NCBI RefSeq assembly: GCF_009914755.1
Contig: NC_060948.1
Length of the DNA stretch: 64,000 nucleotides
Source of the DNA: the human T2T-CHM13v2.0 reference genome, Homo sapiens
Reading direction: 5' to 3' (one strand)
Shown: positions 38,153-57,500 of the stretch, piece after piece
Numbering within the stretch: position 1 is the stretch's first letter
Layout of the letters: every line of letters begins with the position of its first letter
The notes under the pieces: generated by a model
What the model was told of the DNA's origin: nothing
The model's input: only the letters and a program-made list of their open reading frames with translations
Databases searched by the model: none
Made by a program: the position numbers and the translations under genes

Positions 38153-40276
38153 AGATCCATATTTTTTAAATGAAAAAAAATTTCAACGGTACTCTGCTTG
38201 GTACAATAATCAAATGTATAAACTGAGGAATAAAACATAACCATGAAACCTACTTATAACTGCATATGGAAAATACAGAGGATAATTTTTTAAATAACAT
38301 ATTTTGAAAGCCTTAACTAGTAATTTGCAGAGTTGGCATTTGAAAGGCCAGTATGAATATACCTTCAAAGAAGCAACACATGTTCCCCATGAGAAAAAGC
38401 AAACTCAGGGAAAATAAAACCACAAAGGTTCAATCTCTTCTGACCTTTGAAAGACACAGCACAGACAGTGGTCCTTAGGACGAAGAGCAGGAGACCCCTA
38501 ATTCCGTCACCATGGCGACAGGGCATAAACATTGCTGGGTGAGGGCACAATCCACATTGAGAGGTCCAACTGCTGCCAGGAAGACAGGAGTGCTTTTACA
38601 TAGACCGAAATGTCATTGAAGGCTCAGAGTTTTGTTTCAAGAACTGAATCCCAAGCCCACACGTTATTAGGCTGCGCTTCTTAAAACAAGTTATGAGATG
38701 GGAAAAAGGGCACCCACAAACATACGTATACATTATGTATATAATAATATACAGTATCATATATATAATATATATAACCTATGTATAATATTGTTTTACA
38801 TCCTGCATCTTTTATTATATATATTGTATAAAATATAATAATTCATAATATATAACGTTTATATTTATACAATATGACATATAGTATATATTATAATTTA
38901 TGACATATATAATATATGTTATATATCATATATAGAATATATTATACGGTTAATATACGTATTAAATATAAATTATACATTATATATATTATATAAAATA
39001 TATCTGTTATATATAATACACTTTATGCATAATATATATATTATGTCTACGTTATATATAGTATAAAACAACATATAATAATATATAATTGTATATATAA
39101 AATGCGACATATAATATATATTATATTTTATGACATATGTAATATATATTATATATTATATGTAATACGTTGTATGTATAATACCTATATTAAATATATA
39201 TTATATGACTATGTTATTAATTACATGTCACATATGTTATATATTATATATTTTACATATAATATACCGGTTACATGCAATATATACTATGTTACCTATA
39301 ATGTATAATTGATTACATGTAAAATAAAGAATGCAATATATTATGTATAATTTATAATATACAATATGTGGAATGTGATATATATAACATATAATATATG
39401 ATATATGATATACAGTATATGATATATAACATACAATATATGATACCTAATATATATGGTATACAATATATATTTTATGATATGTATTCTATATGTTTTA
39501 TATTCTGTTATATATAACTATTTGAAATTATATATAACTGTATAATATTTTATGCAAATATGTAATATAATATATATAACTATATAATATATTATATATA
39601 ACTATATATTATGTTATATATACTTTTATAACATAATTTACATTAAATATCATAATATAATATATATTATATTATTTCACATTACATAATATATATTACA
39701 TATCACCCAATATAAGTAACATACATAATATTATAATATAGATTATATTATGTTATATTAAATATCATATATATCATGTATCATATATTCTATAATATAT
39801 ATTACACATTATATAATATGTATGTTGTCTATTATGTGATATATATAACTATATATAATTATATTATTATACATATAACTAGATAAACATGTAATTCTAC
39901 ATATTTTCATTTATAATATATAGAATTATATAATCATATATAATTATTTATATTCTATAAAAAATTATATCATTATATAAATTATAATATATAAAAATTA
40001 TAATATGTACTACATATATATATTATATATCATATATGATATAGTACCTTTGTTATATATCATAATACATGTAAATGTGTATTATGTTATCTGTAATTAT
40101 ATAATTTCATATATAAGTTGTATAATATGTGTCAAATATTATATATGTTATGTAATATATATAGTATATATAAGCTGACACAGGATAAATATTATATACT
40201 ATGACATATAAAATATATGAGGTTATATGTTACATATAAGGCATAGCACATAACATGTAATATATATCATATATAA

Positions 40277-40568
40277 TTTTTTTTTAGACAGAGTCTTGTC
40301 CTGTTGCACAGGGTGGGGTACAATGGCGCCATCTTTGCTCACTGCAACATCTGCCTCAAGGGTCCAAGCGATTGGCCTCCCTCAGCCTCCCAGGTAGCTG
40401 GGACTACACCACACTGGGACTACAGCAGCTGCCACCATGCCTAGCTAATTTTTTGGATTTTTAGTAGTGACAGCGTTTCACTGTATTGGCCAGGATGGTC
40501 TTGATCTCTTCACCTTGTGATCCCCTTGTCTTGGCCTCCAAATTTGCTGGGATTACAGGCTTGAGCCA
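40277..40568 (-). mobile_element. Alu, unit 17
   Basis: Same Alu as unit 1. Confidence 0.93.
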
Positions 40569-42696
40569 AGATCCATATTTTTTAAATGAAAAAAAATTTC
40601 AAAGGTACTCTGCTTGGTACAATAATCAAATGTATAAACTGAGGAATAAAACATAACCATGAAACCTACTTATAACTGCATATGGAAAATACAGAGGATA
40701 ATTTTTTAAATAACATATTTTGAAAGCCTTAACTAGTAATTTGAAGAGTTGGCATTTGAAAGGCCAGTATGAATATACCTTCAAAGCAGCAACACAGGTT
40801 CCCCATGAGAAAAAGCAAACACAGAGAAAATAAAAACACAAAGGTTCAATCTCTTCTGACCTTTGAAAGACACAGCACAGACAGTGGTCCTTAGGACGAA
40901 GAGCAGGAGACCCCTAATTCCGTCACCATGGCGATAGGGCATAAACATTGCTGGGTGAGGACACAATCCACATTGTGAGGTCCAACTGCTGCCAGGAAGA
41001 CAGGAGTGCTTTTACATAGACCGAAAAGTCATTGAAGGCTCAGAGTTTTGTTTCAAGAACTGAATCCCAAGCCCACACGTTATTAGGCTGCGCTTCTTAA
41101 AACAAGTTATGAGATGGGAAAAAGGGCACCCACAAACATACGTATACATTATGTATATAATAATATACAGTATCATATATATAATATATATAACCTATGT
41201 ATAATATTGTTTTATATCCTGCATCTTCTGTTATATATATTGTATAAAATATAATAATTGATAATATATAAGTTTTATAATTATACAATATGACATATAG
41301 TATATATTATAATTTATGACATATATAATATATGTTATACATCATATATAGAATATATTATACGGTTAATATACGTATTAAATATAAATTATACATTATA
41401 TATATTATATATAATATATCTGTTATATATAATACCCATTATGCATAATATATATATTATGTCTATGTTATATATAGTATAAAACAACATATAATAATAT
41501 ATAATTGTATATATAAAATGCAACATATAATATAAATTATATTTTATAACAAATGTTATATATATTATATATTATATATAATACGTTGTATGCATAATAC
41601 CTATATTAAATATATATTATATGACTATGTTATTAATTACATGTCACATGTGTTATATATTATATATTTTACATAGAATATACCGGTTACATACAATATA
41701 TACTATGTTACCTATAATGTATAATTTATTACATGTAAAATAAAGAATGCAATATATTATGTATAATTTATAATATACAATATGTGGAATGTGATATATA
41801 TAACATATAATATATGATATATGATATAGAGTATATGATATATAACATACAATATATGATTCCTAATATATATGGTATACAATATATATTTTATGATATG
41901 TATTCTATATGTTTTATATTCTGTTATATATAACTATTTGAAATTATATATAACTGTATAATATTTTATGTAAATATGTAATATAATATATATAACTATA
42001 TAATATATTATATATAAGTATATATTATGTTATATATACTTTTATAACATAATTTACATAAAATATCATAACATAATATATCTTATATTATTTCATATTA
42101 CATAATATATATTACATATCACCCAATATAACTAACATACATAATATTATAATATAGATTATATTATGTTATATTAAATATCATATATATCATGTATCAT
42201 ATATTCTATAATATATATTACACATTATATAATATGTATGTTGTCTATTATGTGATATATATAACTCTATATATAATTTTATTTTTATACATATAACTAG
42301 ATAAACATGTAATTCTACATATTTTCATTTATAATATGTAGAATTATATAATCATATATAATTATTTATATTCTATAAAAAATTTTATCATTCTATAAAT
42401 TATAATATATAAAAATTATAATATGTACTACAAATTTATATATTATATATCATATATGATATAGTACCTTTGTTATATATCATAATACATATAAATGTGT
42501 ATTATGTTATCTATAATTATATAATTTCATATATAAGATGTATAATATGTATTATATATTGTATATGTTATGTAATATATATAGTATATATAAGCTGACA
42601 CAGGATAAATATTATATACTATGACATATAAAATATATGAGGTTATATGTTACATATAAGGCATAGCACATAACATGTAATATATATCATATATAA

Positions 42697-42988
42697 TTTT
42701 TTTTTAGACAGAGTCTTGTCGTGTTGCACAGGGTGAAGTACAATGGCGCCATCTTTGCTCACTGCAACATCTGCCTCACGGGTCCAAGCGATTGTCCTCC
42801 CTCAACCTCTCAGGTAGCTGGGAGTACACCACACTGGGACTACACCAGCTGCCACCATGCCTAGCTAATTTTTTGGATTTTTAGTAGTGACAGCGTTTCA
42901 CTGTATTGGCCAGGATGGTCTTGATCTCTTCACCTTGTGATCCCCTTGCCTTGGCCTCCAAATTTGCTGGGATTACAGGCCTGAGCCA
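42697..42988 (-). mobile_element. Alu, unit 18
   Basis: Same Alu as unit 1. Confidence 0.93.
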
Positions 42989-45084
42989 AGATCCATATTT
43001 TTTAAATGAAAAAAAATTTCAAAGGTACTCTGCTTGGTACAATAATCAAATGTATAAACTGAGGAATAAAACATAACCATGAAACCTACTTATAACTGCA
43101 TATGGAAAATACAGAGGATAATTTTTTAAATAACATATTTTGAAAGCCTTAACTAGTAATTTGAAGAGTTGGCATTTGAAAGGCCAGTATGAATATACCT
43201 TCAAAGCAGCAACACAGGTTCCCCATGAGAAACAGCAAACTCAGGGAAAATAAAACCACAAAGGTTCAAGCTCTTCTGACCTTTGAAAGACACAGCACAG
43301 ACAGTGGTCCTTAGGACGAAGAGCAGGAGACCCCTAATTCCGTCACCATGGCGATAGGGCATAAACATTGCTGGGTGAGGGCACAATCCACATTGTGAGG
43401 TCCAACTGCTGCCAGGAAGACAGGAGTGCTTTTACATAGACCGAAAGGTCATTGAAGGCTCAGAGTTTTGTTTCAAGAACTGAATCCCAAGCCCACACGT
43501 TATTAGGCTGCGCTTCTTAAAACAAGTTATGAGATGGGAAAAAGGGCACCCACAAACATACGTATACATTATGTATATAATAATATACAGTATCATATAT
43601 ATAATATATATAACCTATGTATAATATTGTTTTACATCCTGCATCTTATATTATATATATTGTCTAAAATATAATAATTGATAATATATAAGTTTTATAT
43701 TTATACAATATGACATATAGTATATATTATAATTTATGACATATATAATATATGTTATATATCATATATAGAATATATTATACGGTTAATATACGTATTA
43801 AATATAAATTGTACATTATATATATTATATATAATATATCTGTTATATATAATACCCATTATGCATAATATGTATATTATGTCTATGTTATATATAGTAT
43901 AAAACAACATATAATAATATATAATTGTATATATAAAATGCGACATATAATATATATTATATTTTATGACATATGTAATATATATTATATATTATATATA
44001 ATACGTTGTATGTATAATACCTATATTAAATATATATTATATGACTATGTTATTAATTACATGTCACATGTGTTATATATTATATATTTTAGATAGAATA
44101 TACCGGTTACATACAATATATACTATTTTACCTATAATGTATAATTGATTACATGTAAAATAAAGAATGCAATATATTATGTATAATTTATAATATAAAA
44201 TATGTGGAATGTGATATATATAACATAGAATATATGATATATGATATACAGTATATGATATATAACATACAATATATGATACCTAGTATATATGGTATAC
44301 AATATATATTTTATGATATGTATTCTATATGTTTTATATTCTGTTATATATAACTATTTGAAATTATATATAACTGTATAATATTTTATGTAAATATGTA
44401 ATATAATATATATAACTATATAATATATTATATATAACTATATATTATGTTATATATACTTTTATATCATAATTTACATAAAATGTCATAATATAATATA
44501 TATTATATTATTTCATATTACATAATATATATTACATATCACTCAATATAAGTAACATACATAATATTATAATATAGATTATATTATGTTATGTTAAATA
44601 TCATATATATCATGTATCATATATTCTATAATATATATTATACATTATATAATATGTATGTTGTCTATTATGTGATATATATAACTATATATTATTATAT
44701 TATTATACATATAACTAGATAAACATGTAATTCTACATATTTTCATTTATAATATATAGAATTATATAATCATATATAATTATTTATATTCTATAAAAAA
44801 TTATATCATTATATAAATTATAATATAAAAAAATTATAATATGTACTACAAATATATATATTATATATCATATATGATATAGTACCTTTGTTATATATCA
44901 TAATACATATAAATGTGTATTATGTTATCTATAATTATATGATTTCATATATAAGATGTATAATATGTATTATATATTGTATATGTTATGTAATATATAT
45001 AGTATATATAAGCTGACACAGGATAAATATTATATACTATGACATATAAAATATATGAGGTTATATGTTACATATAAGGCATAG

Positions 45085-45405
<321 letters not shown>

Positions 45406-47530
45406 AGATCCATATTTTTTAAATGAAAAAAAATTTCAAAGGTACTCTGCTTGGTACAATAATCAAATGTATAAACTGAGGAATAAAACATAACCATGAA
45501 ACCTACTTATAACTGCATATGGAAAATACAGAGGATAATTTTTTAAATAACATATTTTGAAAGCCTTAACTAGTAATTTGAAGAGTTGGTATTTGAAAGG
45601 CCAGTATGAATATACCTTCAAAGCAGCAACACAGGTTCCCCATGAGAAACAGCAAACTCAGGGAAAATAAAACCACAAAGGTTCAAGCTCTTCTGACCTT
45701 TGAAAGACACAGCACAGACAGTGGTCCTTAGGACGAAGAGCAGGAGACCCCTAATTCCGTCACCATGGCGATAGGGCATAAACATTGCTGGGTGAGGGCA
45801 CAATCCACATTGTGAGGTCCAACTGCTGCCAGGAAGACAGGAGTGCTTTTACATAGACCGAAAGGTCATTGAAGGCTCAGAGTTTTGTTTCAAGAACTGA
45901 ATCCCAAGCCCACACGTTATTAGGCTGCGCTTCTTAAAACAAGCTATGAGATGGGAAAAAGGGCACCCACAAACATACGTATACATTATGTATATAATAA
46001 TATACAGTATCATACATATAATATATATAACCTATGTATAATATTGTTTTACATCCTGCATCTTATATTATATATATTGTCTAAAATATAATAATTGATA
46101 ATATATAAGTTTTATATTTATACAATATGACATATAGTATATATTATAATTTATGACATATATAATATATGTTATATATCATATATAGAATGTATTATAC
46201 GGTTAATATACGTATTAAATATAAATTATACATTATATATATTATATATAATATATCTGTTATATATAATACCCATTATGCATAATATGTATATTATGTC
46301 TATGTTATATATAGTATAAAACAACATATAGTAATATATAATTGTATATATAAAATGCGACATATATATATTATATTTTATGACATATGTAATATATATT
46401 ATATATTATATATAATACGTTGTATGTATAATACCTATATTAAATATATATTATATGACTATGTTATTAATTACATGTCACATATGTTATATATTATATA
46501 TTTTACATAGAATATACCGGTTACATACAATATATACTATGTTACCTATAATGTATAATTGATTACATGTAAAATAAAGAATGCAATATATTATGTATAA
46601 TTTATAATATACAATATGTGGAATGTGATATATATAACATATAATATATGATATATGATATACAGTATATGATATATAACATACAATATACGATACCTAA
46701 TATATATGGTATACAATATATATTTTATGATATGTATTCTATATGTTTTATATTCTGTTATATATAACTATTTGAAATTATATATAACTGTATAATATTT
46801 TATGTAAATATGTAATATAATATATATAACTATATAATATATTATATATAACTATATATTATGTTATATATACATTTATAACGTAATTTACATAAAATGT
46901 CATAATATAATATATATTATATTATTTCACATTACATAATATATATTACATATCACCCAATATAAGTAAGATACATAATATTATAATATAGATTATATTA
47001 TGTTATATTAAATATCATATATATCATGTATCATATATTCTATAATATATATTACACATTATATAATATGTATGCTGTCTATTTTGTGATATATAAAACT
47101 ATATATATAATTATATTATTATACATATAACTAGATAAACATGTAATTCTACATATTTTCATTTGTAATATATAGAATTATATAATCATATATAATTATT
47201 TATATTCTATAAAAAATTATATCATTATATAAATTATAATATAAAAAAATTATAATATGTACTACAAATATACATATTATATATCATATATGATATAGTA
47301 CCTTTGTTATATATCATAATACATATAAATGTGTATTATGTTATCTATAATTATATAATTTCATATATAAGATGTATAATATGTATTATATATTGTCTAT
47401 GTTATGTAATATATATAGTATATGTAAGCTGACACAGGATAAATATTATATACTATGACATATAAAATATATGAGGTTATATGTTACATATAAGGCATAG
47501 CACATAACATGTAATATATATCATATATAA

Positions 47531-47822
<292 letters not shown>

Positions 47823-49950
47823 AGATCCATATTTTTTAAATGAAAAAAAATTTCAAAGGTACTCTGCTTGGTACAATAATCAAATGTATAAACTGAGGAA
47901 TAAAACATAACCATGAAACCTACTTATAACTGCATATGGAAAATACAGAGGATAATTTTTTAAATAACATATTTTGAAAGCCTTAACTAGTAATTTGAAG
48001 AGTTGGCATTTGTAAGGCCAGTATGAATATACCTTCAAAGCAGCAACACAGGTTCCCCATGAGAAAAAGCAAACTCAGGGAAAATAAAACCACAAAGGTT
48101 CAATCTCTTCTGACCTTTGAAAGACACAGCACAGACAGTGGTCCTTAGGACGAAGAGCAGGAGACCCCTAATTCCGTCACCATGGCGATAGGGCATAAAC
48201 ATTGCTGGGTGAGGGCACAATCCACATTGTGAGGTCCAACTGCTGCCAGGAAGACAGGAGTGCTTTTACATAGACCGAAAGGTCATTGAAGGCTCAGAGT
48301 TTTGTTTCAAGAACTGAATCCCAAGCCCACACGTTATTAGGCTGCGCTTCTTAAAACAAGTTATGAGATGGGAAAAAGGGCACCCACAAACATACGTATA
48401 CATTATGTATATAATAATATACAGTATCATATATAAAATATGTATAACCTATGTATAATATTGTTTTACATCCTGCATCTTATATTATATATATTGTATA
48501 AAATATAATAATTCATAATATATAACGTTTATATTTATACAATATGACATATAGTATATATTATAATTTATGACATATATAATATATGTTATATATCATA
48601 TATAGAATATATTATACGGTTAATATACGTATTAAATATAAATTATACATTATATATATTATATAAAATATATCTGTTATATATAATACCCTTTATGCAT
48701 AATATATATATTATGTCTATGTTATATATAGTATAAAACAACATATAATAATATATAATTGTATATATAAAATGCGACATATAATATATATTATATTTTA
48801 TGACATATGTATTATATATTATATATTATATATAATACGTTGTATGTATAATACCTATATTAAATATATATTATATGACTATGTTATTAATTACATGTCA
48901 CATATGTTATATATTATATATTTTACATAGAATATACCGGTTACATGCAATATATACTATGTTACCTATAATGTATAATTGATTACATGTAAAATAAAGA
49001 ATGCAATATATTATGTATAATTTATAATATACAATATGTGGAATGTGATATATATAACATATAATATATGATATATGATATACAGTATATAATATATAAC
49101 ATACAATATATGATACCTAATATATATGGTATACAATATATATTTTATGATATGTATTCTATATGTTTTATATTCTGTTATATATAACTATTTGAAATTA
49201 TATATAACTGTATAATATTTTATGCAAATATGTAATATAATATATATAACTATATAATATATTATATATAACTATATATTATGTTATATATACTTTTATC
49301 ACATAATTTACATTAAATATCATAATATAATATATATTATATTATTTCACATTACATAATATATATTACATATCACCCAATATAAGTAACATACATAATA
49401 TTATAATATAGATTATATTATGTTATATTAAATATCATATATATCATGTATCATATATTCTATAATATATATTACACATTATATAATATGTATGTTGTCT
49501 ATTTTGTGATATATAAAACTATATATATAATTATATTATTATACATATAACTAGATAAACATGTAATTCTACATATTTTCATTTGTAATATATAGAATTA
49601 TATAATCATATATAATTATTTATATTCTATAAAAAATTATATCATTATATAAATTATAATATAAAAAAATTATAATATGTACTACAAATATACATATTAT
49701 ATATCATATATGATATAGTACCTTTGTTATATATCATAATACATATAAATGTGTATTATGTTATCTTTAATTATATAATTTCATATATAAGATGTATAAT
49801 ATGTATTATATATTGTCTAGGTTATGTAATATATATAGTATATGTAAGCTGACACAGGATAAATATTATATACTATGACATATAAAATATATGAGGTTAT
49901 ATGTTACATATAAGGCATAGCACATAACATGTAATATATATCATATATAA

Positions 49951-50242
<292 letters not shown>

Positions 50243-52346
50243 AGTTCCATATTTTTTAAATGAAAAAAAATTTCAAAGGTACTCTGCTTGGTACAATAAT
50301 CAAATGTATAAACTGAGGAATAAAACATAACCATGAAACCTACTTATAACTGCATATGGAAAATACAGAGGATAATTTTTTAAATAACATATTTTGAAAG
50401 CCTTAACTAGTAATTTGAAGAGTTGGCATTTGAAAGGCCAGTATGAATATACCTTCAAAGCAGCAACACAGGTTCCCCATGAGAAAAAGCAAACACAGGG
50501 AAAATAAAAACACAAAGGTTCAATCTCTTCTGACCTTTGAAAGACACAGCACAGACAGTGGTCCTTAGGACGAAGAGCAGGAGACCCCTAATTCCGTCAC
50601 CATTCCGATAGGGCATAAACATTGCTGGGTGAGGGCACAATCCACATTGTGAGGTCCAACTGCTGCCAGGAAGACAGGAGTGCTTTTACATAGACCGAAA
50701 GGTCATTGAAGGCTCAGAGTTTTGTTTCAAGAACTAAATCCCAAGCCCACACGTTATTAGGCTGCACTTCTTAAAACAAGTTATGAGATGGGAAAAAGGG
50801 CACCCACAAACATACGTATACATTATGTATATAATAATATACAGTGTCATATATATAATATATATAACCTATGTATAATATTGTTTTACATCCTGCATCT
50901 TATGTTATATATATTGTATAAAATATAATAATTGATAATATATAACTTTTATAATTATACAATATGACATATAGTATATATTATAATTTATGACATATAT
51001 AATATATGTTATATATCTTATACAGAATATATTATACGGTTAATATACGTATTTAATATAAATTATACATTATATATATTATATATAATATATCTGTTAT
51101 ATATAATACCCGTTATGCATAATATATATATTATGTCTATGTTATATATAGTATAAAACAACATATAATAATATATAATTGTATATATAAATGCGACATA
51201 TAATATATATTATATTTTATGACATATGTAATATATATTATATATTATATATAATACGTTGTATGTATAATACCTATATTAAATATATATTATATGACTA
51301 TGTTTTTAATTACATGTCACATGTGTTATATATTATATATTTTACATAGAATATACCGGTTACATACAATATATACCGTGTTACCTATAATGTATAATTT
51401 ATTACATGTAAAATAAAGAATGCAATATATTATGTATAATTTATAATATACAATATGTGGAATGTGATATATATAACATATAATATATGATATATGATAT
51501 ACAGTATATGATATATAACATACAATATATGATTCCTAATATATATGGTATACAATATATATTTTATGATATGTATTCTATATGTTTTATATTCTGTTAT
51601 ATATAACTATTTGAAATTATATATAACTGTATAATATTTTTTGTAAATATGTAATATAATATATATAACTATTAAATATATTATATATAACTATATATTA
51701 TGTTATATATAGTTTTATAACATAATTTACATAAAATATCATAATATAATATATATTATATTATTTCATATTACATAATATATATTACATATCACCCAAT
51801 ATAACTAACATACATAATATTATAATATAGATTATATTATGTTATATTAAATATCATATATATCATGTATCATATATTCTATAATATATATTACACATTA
51901 TATAATATGTATGTTGTCTATTATGTGATATATATAACTCTATATATAATTATATTTTTATACATATAACTAGATAAACATGTAATTCTACATATTTTCA
52001 TTTATAATATGTAGAATTATATAATCATATATAATTATTTATATTCTATAAAAAATTTTATCATTGTATAAATTATAATATATAAAAATTATAATATGTA
52101 CTACAAATATATATATTATATATCATATATGATATAGTACCTTTGTTATATATCATAATACATATAAATGTGTATTATGTTATCTATAATTATATAATTT
52201 CATATATAAGATGTATAATATGTATCATATATTACATATGTTATGTAATATATATAGTATATATAAGATGACACAGGATAAATATTATATACTATGACAT
52301 ATAAAATATATGAGGTTATATGTTACATATAAGGCATAGCACATAA

Positions 52347-52661
<315 letters not shown>

Positions 52662-54791
52662 AGATCCATATTTTTTAAATGAAAAAAAATTTCAAAGGTA
52701 CTCTGCTTGGTACAATAATCAAATGTATAAACTGAGGAATAAAACATAACCATGAAACCTACTTATAACTGCATATGGAAAATACAGAGGATAATTTTTT
52801 AAATAACATATTTTGAAAGCCTTAACTAGTAATTTAAAGAGTTGGCATTTGAAAGGCCAGTATGAATATACCTTCAAAGCAGCAACACAGGTTCCCCATG
52901 AGAAAAAGCAAACACAGGGAAAATAAAAACACAAAGGTTCAATCTCTTCTGACCTTTGAAAGACACAGCACAGACAGTGGTCCTTAGGACGAAGAGCAGG
53001 AGACCCCTAATTCCGTCACCATGGCGATAGGGCATAAACATTGCTGGGTGAGGGCACAATCCACATTGTGAGGTCCAACTGCTGCCAGGAAGACAGGAGT
53101 GCTTTTACATAGACCGAAAGGTCATTGAAGGCTCAGAGTTTTGTTTCAAGAACTGAATCCCAAGCCCACACGTTATTAGGCTGCGCTTCTTAAAACAAGT
53201 TATGAGATGGGAAAAAGGGCACCCACAAACATACGTATACATTATGTATATAATAATATACAGTATCATATATATAATATATATAACCTATGTATAATAT
53301 TGTTTTACATCCTGCATCTTCTGTTATATATATTGTATAAAATATAATAATTGATAATATATAAGTTTTATAATTATACAATATGACATATAGTATATAT
53401 TATAATTTATGACATATATAATATATGTTATATATCATATATAGAATATATTATACGGTTAATATACGTATTAAATATAAATTATACATTATATATATTA
53501 TATATAATATATCTGTTATATATAATACCCATTATGCATAATATATATATTATGTCTCTGTTATATATAGTATAAAACAACATATAATAATATATAATTG
53601 TATATATAAAATGCGACATATAATATATATTATATTTTATAACATATGTAATATATATTATATATTAAATATAATACGTTGTATGTATAATACCTATATT
53701 AAATATATATTATATGACTATGTTATTAATTACATGTCACATGTGATATATATTATATATTTTACATAGAATATACCGGTTACATACAATATATACTATG
53801 TTACCTATAATGTATAATTTATTACATGTAAAATAAAGAATGCAATATATTATGTAAAATTTATAAAATACAATATGTGGAATGTGATATATATACCATA
53901 TAATATATGATATATGATATACAGTATATGATATATAACATACAATATATGATTCCTATTATATATGGTATACAATATATATTTTATGATATGTATTCTA
54001 TATGTTTTATATTCTGTTATATATAACTATTTGAAATTATATATAACTGTATAATATTTTATGTAAATATGTAATATAATATATATAACTATATAATATA
54101 TTATATATAACTATATATTATGATATATATACTTTTATAACATAATTTACATAAAATATCATAATATAATATATATTATATTATTTCATATTACATAATA
54201 TATATTACATATCACCCAATATAACTAACATACATAATATTATAATATAGATTATATTGTGTTATATTAAATATCATATATATCATGTATCATATATTCT
54301 ATAATATGTATTACACATTATATAATATGTATGTTGTCTATTATGTGATATATATAACTATATATATAATTATATTTTTATACATATAACTAGATAAACA
54401 TGTAATTCTACATATTTTCATTTATAATATGTAGAATTATATAATCATATATAATTATTTATATTCTATAAAAAATTTTATCATTATATAAATTATAATA
54501 TATAAAAATTATAATATGTACTACAAATATATATATATTATATATCATATATGATATAGTACCTTTGTTATATATCATAATACATATAAATGTGTATTAT
54601 GTTATCTATAATTATATAATTTCATATATAAGATGTATAATATGTATCATATATTATATATGTTATGTAATATGTATAGTATATATAAGATGACACAGGA
54701 TAAATATTATATACTATGACATATAAAATATATGAGGTTATATGTTACATATAAGGCATAGCACATAACATGTAATATATATCATATATAA

Positions 54792-55083
54792 TTTTTTTTT
54801 AAACAGAATCTTTTCCTGTTGCACAGGGTGGGGTACAATGGCGCCATCTTTGCTCACTGCAACTTCTGCCTCACGGGTCCAAGCGATTGTCCTCCCTGAG
54901 CCTCCCAGGTAGCTGGGACTACACCACACTGGGACTACACCAGCTGCCACCATGCCTAGCTAATTTTTTGGATTTTTAGTAGTGACAGCGTTTCACTGTA
55001 TTGGCCAGGATGGTCTTGATCTCTTCACCTTGTGATCCCCTTGCCTTGGCCTCCAAATTTGCTGGGATTACAGGCCTGAGCCA
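54792..55083 (-). mobile_element. Alu, unit 23
   Basis: Same Alu as unit 1. Confidence 0.93.
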
Positions 55084-57193
55084 AGATCCATATTTTTTAA
55101 ATGAAAAAAAATTTCAAAGGTACTCTGCTTGGTACAATAATCAAATGTATAAACTGAGGAATAAAACATAACCATGAAACCTACTTATAACTGCATATGG
55201 AAAATACAGAGGATAATTTTTTAAATAACATATTTTGAAAGCCTTAACTAGTAATTTGAAGAGTTGGCATTTGAAAGGCCAGTATGAATATACCTTCAAA
55301 GCAGCAACACAGGTTCCCCATGAGAAACAGCAAACTCAGGGAAAATAAAACCACAAAGGTACAAGCTCTTCTGACCTTTGAAAGACACAGCACAGACAGT
55401 GGTCCTTAGGACGAAGAGCAGGAGACCCCTAATTCCGTCACCATGGCGATAGGGCATAAACATTGCTGGGTGAGGGCACAATCCACATTGTGAGGTCCAA
55501 CTGCTGCCAGGAAGACAGGAGTGCTTTTACATAGACCGAAAGGTCATTGAAGGCTCAGAGTTTTGTTTCAAGAACTGAATCCCAAGCCCACACGTTATTA
55601 GGCTGCGCTTCTTAAAACAAGTTATGAGATGGGAAAAAGGGCACCCACAAACATACGTATACATTATGTATATAATAATATACAGTATCATATATATAAT
55701 ATATATAACCTATGTATAATATTGTTTTACATCCTGCATCTTATATTATATATATTGTCTAAAATATAATAATTGATAATATATAAGTTTTATATTTATA
55801 CAATATGACATATAGTATATATTATAATTTACGACATATATAATATATGTTATATATCATATATAGAATATATTATACGGTTAATATACGTATTAAATAT
55901 AAATTATACATTATATATATTATATATAATATATCTTTTATATATAATACCCATTATGCATAATATGTATATTATGTCTATGTTATATATAGTATAAAAC
56001 AACATATAATAATATATAATTGTATATATAAAATGCGACATATAATATATATTATATTTTATGACATATGTAATATATATTATATATTATATATAATACG
56101 TTGTATGTATAATACCTATATTAAATATATATTATATGACTATGTTATTCATTACATGTCACATGTGTTATATATTATATATTTTACATAGAATATACCG
56201 GTTACATACAATATATACTATGTTACCTATAATGTATAATTGATTACATGTAAAATAAAGAATGCAATATATTATGTATAATTTATAATATACAATATGT
56301 GGAATGTGATATATATAACATATAATATATGATATATGATATACAGTATATGATATATAACATACAATATATGATACCTAGTATATATGGTATACAATAT
56401 ATATTTTATGATATGTATTCTATATGTTTTATATTCTGTTATATATAACTATTTGAAATTATATATAACTGTATAATATTTTATGTAAATATGTAATATT
56501 ATATATATAACTATATAATATATTATATATAACTATATATTATGTTATATATACTTTTATATCATAATTTACATAAAATGTCATAAAATAATATATATTA
56601 TATTATTTCATATTACATAATATATATTACATATCACCCAATATAAGTAACATACATAATATTATAATATAGATTATATTATGTTATGTTAAATATCATA
56701 TATATCATGTATCATATATTCTATAATATATATTATACATTATATAATATGTATGATGTCTATTATGTGATATATATAACTATATATTATTATATTATTA
56801 TACATATAACTAGATAAACATGTAATTCTACATATTTTCATTTATAATATATAGAATTATATAATCATATATAATTATTTATATTCTATAAAAAATTATA
56901 TCATTATATAAATTATAATATAAAAAAATTATAATATGTACTACAAATATATATATTATATATCATATATGATATAGTACCTTTGTTATATATCGTAATA
57001 CATATAAATGTGTATTATGTTATCTATAATTATATAATTTCATATATAAGATGTATAATATGTATTATGTATTGTATATGTTATGTAATGTATATAGTAT
57101 ATATAAGCTGACACAGGATAAATATTATATACTATGACATATAAAATATATGAGGTTATATGTTACATATAAGGCATAGCACATAACATGTAA

Positions 57194-57500
<307 letters not shown>

